A stretch of 64,000 nucleotides of DNA from Zootoca vivipara (Eukaryota). The first letter of the stretch is position 1; the number at the start of each line of letters is the position of its first letter. Shown here piece after piece: positions 60,378-64,000 of this stretch. The position numbers and the translations under genes are program-made. The stretch lies in NCBI RefSeq assembly GCF_963506605.1, contig NC_083281.1, positions 48,112,001 through 48,176,000 on the forward strand, read 5' to 3'. The notes under the pieces are model-generated. The model saw only the letters and a list, made by a program, of their open reading frames with translations. It did not search any database and was not told the DNA's origin.

Positions 60378-62914
60378 TCAGGGGCGCCCAGACAAACACT
60401 GATTCACCACTTCCAACAGATGGTTGTTTTCCAAGGCAGCCGCCACTCTCTCTTTGTCAGCCAGTTGCTTGTTTACTGTGAAAAAGAACCCCACAAGAGG
60501 AGTTAGTGAAGACATCCATCCATCGCCCTCTGCTGTATAGCTCAAGGGCTAGGACCCCACCCAAAAAATTCAAAGTGGTATTTGTACTTTTACCTTCCAC
60601 CTTTCCCTTCAAAACAAATATAGAAGGGAATGTAAGTGACTTATTCTGAGGGGTATTTTGTGGTGAATTTTAAACCTACCTGCATGCTCTGAGGCATGTG
60701 TTCCAGGGGTTATGTGGACATCCACCTGTGAGGAGGAAAAGAAGAAGCATCATCATTTGTGTCACCAAATAATGTTCCCCCGGGTTGAACCGATTGGAGG
60801 AATAATAAAAATTATACCTCGCTAATCCAATTTTACCTTAATTTAATTTGGTCGCTTAGTTATACACCATCACCAGTCCCCTCACTTCCATTCTGTATCT
60901 GATTGGTGAGGATGTGCTATCACTTGGTAGTTTGTTTCTAATTCCAACCCAAGATCAAAAGCCTTGATCAAAAGCTTTGGAATGCCCCCCCCCCTGGATA
61001 TGAAGAAGCCACTAGGAAGCAGGAGTGGGAGGGGCTGAAAGAAGGCATCTGATTAATGGAGGGGCTGGGTGGCAGCCAGGGACCCCTTTCCTTATTGCTT
61101 TGAAAAAACGGCACTTGGTTTCCAGAATGTCAAATTCCAAAAAAGCAGCATGGGCTGCATGGGATCCTGCAATTGGTAGCCTCAGGTGCTTTAATAGAAA
61201 CAAACGGGAGAAGGAAAGCCCTCGTATCCCTTTGATGGCTAGCCTGCCAAGTGCCAAGATGAGCAAGAGCTTCTGCAACTGGGAGTCACTGGAAGCAAGT
61301 AAGGAGGAAATTCACGCTGCTTTCCAGGGTGCTGTAGCTGCTGCCTCTTGGAGCCAAGCAGTGGTCTCGCAAACAGGAGCTACTCCCCAAGGGCCAAGCC
61401 AGCTGTTTGTCTGGGCCCTTTTCTAGGCAGATCAAGTCTTCTGGCACCACTGGTTGTTTGAATTTATATCTCCCATCCCCTGCAACACCTTCACAGCATT
61501 CTAGAATGTCAAGTCAAAGCAGCACTTTGGGGTCCCCCTTGAAGGCTGCTGACCCAGGTCATTGTTTTGTCTCCCACATTTGTCTTGGTTTTCAATGCTT
61601 TGAGGAGCTACAGGAACTTGCAGCTGCCACCACACTTTTTCTATCCCCTGCTGAATTCAAATTTCTGCTCATGGCTGGTGGGAGACAAGGGGTGAGCACT
61701 GCAGGTTTGCCATGGGGAATGCAGACACTGTAAAAGCAGAACTACCAGTACAATTCTACTTCTAGCTGATCACACAAGAGCAATGCCTCAACAGCCCCAA
61801 AGGCTCCTCATGTCCACCATATGAAACAAAAACAGAATTTCTCCATTGCTCTTTTGGCCATTTGCATCTACTCACCTTAAACCTTTCTGGTAGGGATCTG
61901 ATCAGCTTCACTTTGACTGAAAGGCCAATTAATGTTGCCATACTGCAGTGAGGAATGGTGGGGGTGAATTCCACTGAAACGGTGCTCTCAGCATCATTTA
62001 CCTGTGAAAGACCCATCCCGACCCAACCACAATTTTTTTTAAAAAAGAGTCATAATTTAAACCAGATAAAATGCTGTTCTAATTGGAAAAAGAGCTAATT
62101 GGCTTGTCTCTTTGCATCTTACTAACTGCAGTTGTACTTTGAGAATTGGACTCCTCTCAGTCTGAAGATGATGCCCAGGAATTCACAAAGAAAACCAAGC
62201 AACCTAGGGACAAATAGAAGAGGACGCCTTCACCCCCAAATTGCTCCCCTTTATCACATACATAGCCCAACAAGACAACAAGAAGAACCCATCCACAGCA
62301 TGTGAATCAATATGGCTAACTTGACCCAACAATCCTCCCCCAAGGGTGTTGTTGGCCAACTACAGACAGCCAACAACACCCTGGCCCCACCCCTCTCATT
62401 ACCAAGGAAATGTAATGTGAAGAGAACCTACCTAGTTGACGCTGACACAAAACCCCACACTTACACTATATAAAAGAATATAGTGTGAGTGTGAGCCAAG
62501 GGCCACTGAGCTAACCAGGTGGTGGTGAGAAGATGGGAGGGGGCATCACTGTAGGGCATGATGGTAGCAGCTTGGATAAGTCACACAGGTGCAGTTATAT
62601 AAAAAGTCATCTGGGGTGTGCAGTGAAATGGGGAATTTAAGAATCAGGCCAGGCAAAACCGGAAAGACACCTGTTCTTCCTTGAAGCTGCATCTCTCCTA
62701 AAGGATCTGTTTGTACCTGGTTTTCATGAATTTAGTGACATGGGCTACAGCCTGTTCAGCCGGCCTCTGGCTCAAAAAGAGGCCATTTTCCCTCTCCAGC
62801 TTAGAAAAGGTAGAGAAAAGCCGCCAACACTCACCTTGACTCGAACTTGTTCTACGACGTTTAGTTCTTCTAATGTTAAGGGATGCTCTGGGTCGTTGAT
62901 AGAACGAATGAGAT
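60378..62914 (-). CDS. CIAO2B: Cytosolic iron-sulfur assembly component 2B (FAM96B), 5'-partial; complement(join(60378..60475,60680..60725,61876..62001,62835..62914))
   Basis: Exons read [20 protein letters not shown]..., [16 protein letters not shown]..., [15 protein letters not shown] and [17 protein letters not shown]...CLSGRP*. Phases are consistent; exon 1 is not in the window. Confidence 0.96.
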
Positions 62915-62930
62915 GTAGAAAGTCAAGGAA
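62915..62930 (-). other. U12-type (minor spliceosome) branch site and AC 3' splice site of CIAO2B intron 1
   Basis: Minus strand TTCCTTGAC-TTTCT-AC|AT CTC ATT; matches the U12 branch consensus TTCCTTRAC; no AG at the junction. Confidence 0.85.
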
Positions 62931-63618
62931 AAACACTCCACCAGCAAAGCACAGCCAGGCACAAAGCAACAGGCCCTGTGGGGATGCAATTCTTCATTTA
63001 AGATGGGAGCTTTCCAAATGTTCCCCAATGAAGACAAACTGCTCAAGCCTTCCCAACGGGAACCAATGCAGAAAACTGGTTGGCTAATACCTCTTTAGAG
63101 AGGCCAACTGCACACTAGTATTAGAAAACATCTTTTTAGTCCAGGGGTGGGGAGTCTATGGCCCTCCTTATGCTCTTGGATTCCCCACTCCCATCAGCCT
63201 GTGTGATAGGCACTATAGTCCAATATCTGGAGGACCAAAGACTCTCCATCTCTGCTTTATGCTAACCTCCCCTCTTTACTAAATGCCACTTTCTCTTTCT
63301 TCTGAGATGATCACACCCTGGTAGGAAATTTTGCATGAGAACCCTGAGTAACCTGCTGAATGCCAGCAAGGAACCACCAGCTTTCCAATACAACTTAAAA
63401 AATATATTATATGAGCTGCCAATCCTACAACTCTACATATATCTACCTATTGCGGGGCTTCCACGTCATGCAAGCTATCAATCCTACCCTGAAGAGCAGG
63501 AACTAGAGATGCTTGAGGAAATCAATCTCTTATTTCTAATACAACCTGATACAGACCTGCTCTGTGCCTAAAAAGTTTATTCTGTGAACCACCTTGAGAC
63601 CCCGAGTATAGGGCGGTA

Positions 63619-63851
63619 CAGTGGTAGCTCCGGTTACAAACGATCCATTCTGGAGGTCTGTCTGTAACCCGAAACAGTTCTTAACATGAGGCACGCTTTC
63701 GCTAATGGCGTCTCCCGCTGCTGCTGTGCCGCCAGCGTAAGACTTCCGCTCGCATCCCGGGGCCAAATTCACAACATCTGCTTCCGGGATAGCGGAGCTC
63801 ATAACCTGAAGCATTCGTAAGGAGGGTGGTACGTAACACGAGGTTCCACTG
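63619..63851. mobile_element. Tc1/mariner-type MITE inside a LINE 3' tail
   Basis: TIRs CAGTGGTAGCTCCGGTTA and TAACACGAGGTTCCACTG, flanked by TA; it splits GGGCGGTA|TATAAATTC(AAT)n. Confidence 0.85.
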
Positions 63852-63881
63852 TATATAAATTCAATAATAATAATAATAATA

Positions 63882-64000
63882 GCCTGCTGAATTGGGCTAA
63901 TGACCCATCTAGTCCATTCTCAATCATTTTGGTTACCTTTTCCCAGACCATTTCCTCTACAATATCCTTTTGGAGGTCAGGCAACCAGAATGCCACAGTG
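63882..64000 (-). mobile_element. CR1 3' fragment running off the window
   Basis: GCCTGCTGAATTGGGCTAATGACCCATCTAGTCCA and CTCTACAATATCCTTTTGGAGGT, shared with the CR1 copy near 6226-6250. Confidence 0.7.

Overview
Vertebrate genomic DNA from a squamate reptile, probably a lacertid lizard (it carries Sauria SINEs, CR1/L1/L2 fragments, hAT and Tc1/mariner MITEs). Five spliced protein-coding genes were reconstructed by hand from splice signals, with exon phases checked: AGRP (minus, 148 aa), an SNRK-like AMPK-family kinase that looks like a paralog rather than the ortholog of mammalian SNRK (plus, 736 aa), LCAT (plus, 436 aa), MATCAP1/KIAA0895L (plus, 473 aa) and the last four coding exons of CIAO2B/FAM96B (minus; exon 1 lies beyond the window). 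Four of the five are human 16q22 genes. CpG-island promoters lie at about 1-700, 12.4-13.6 kb and 46.8-47.8 kb. The most notable observations are the SNRK paralog with a GC-AG intron whose retention would remove its C-terminal CaaX tail, a U12-type AC acceptor in CIAO2B, an altered AGRP receptor-binding loop, a perfect 73-bp inverted repeat enclosing a hammerhead-like core, and a three-tier nested retroelement. Most ORFs in the supplied track are spurious. No CRISPR arrays, rRNA or true tRNA genes were seen. All homolog comparisons are from recalled sequences, not database searches.
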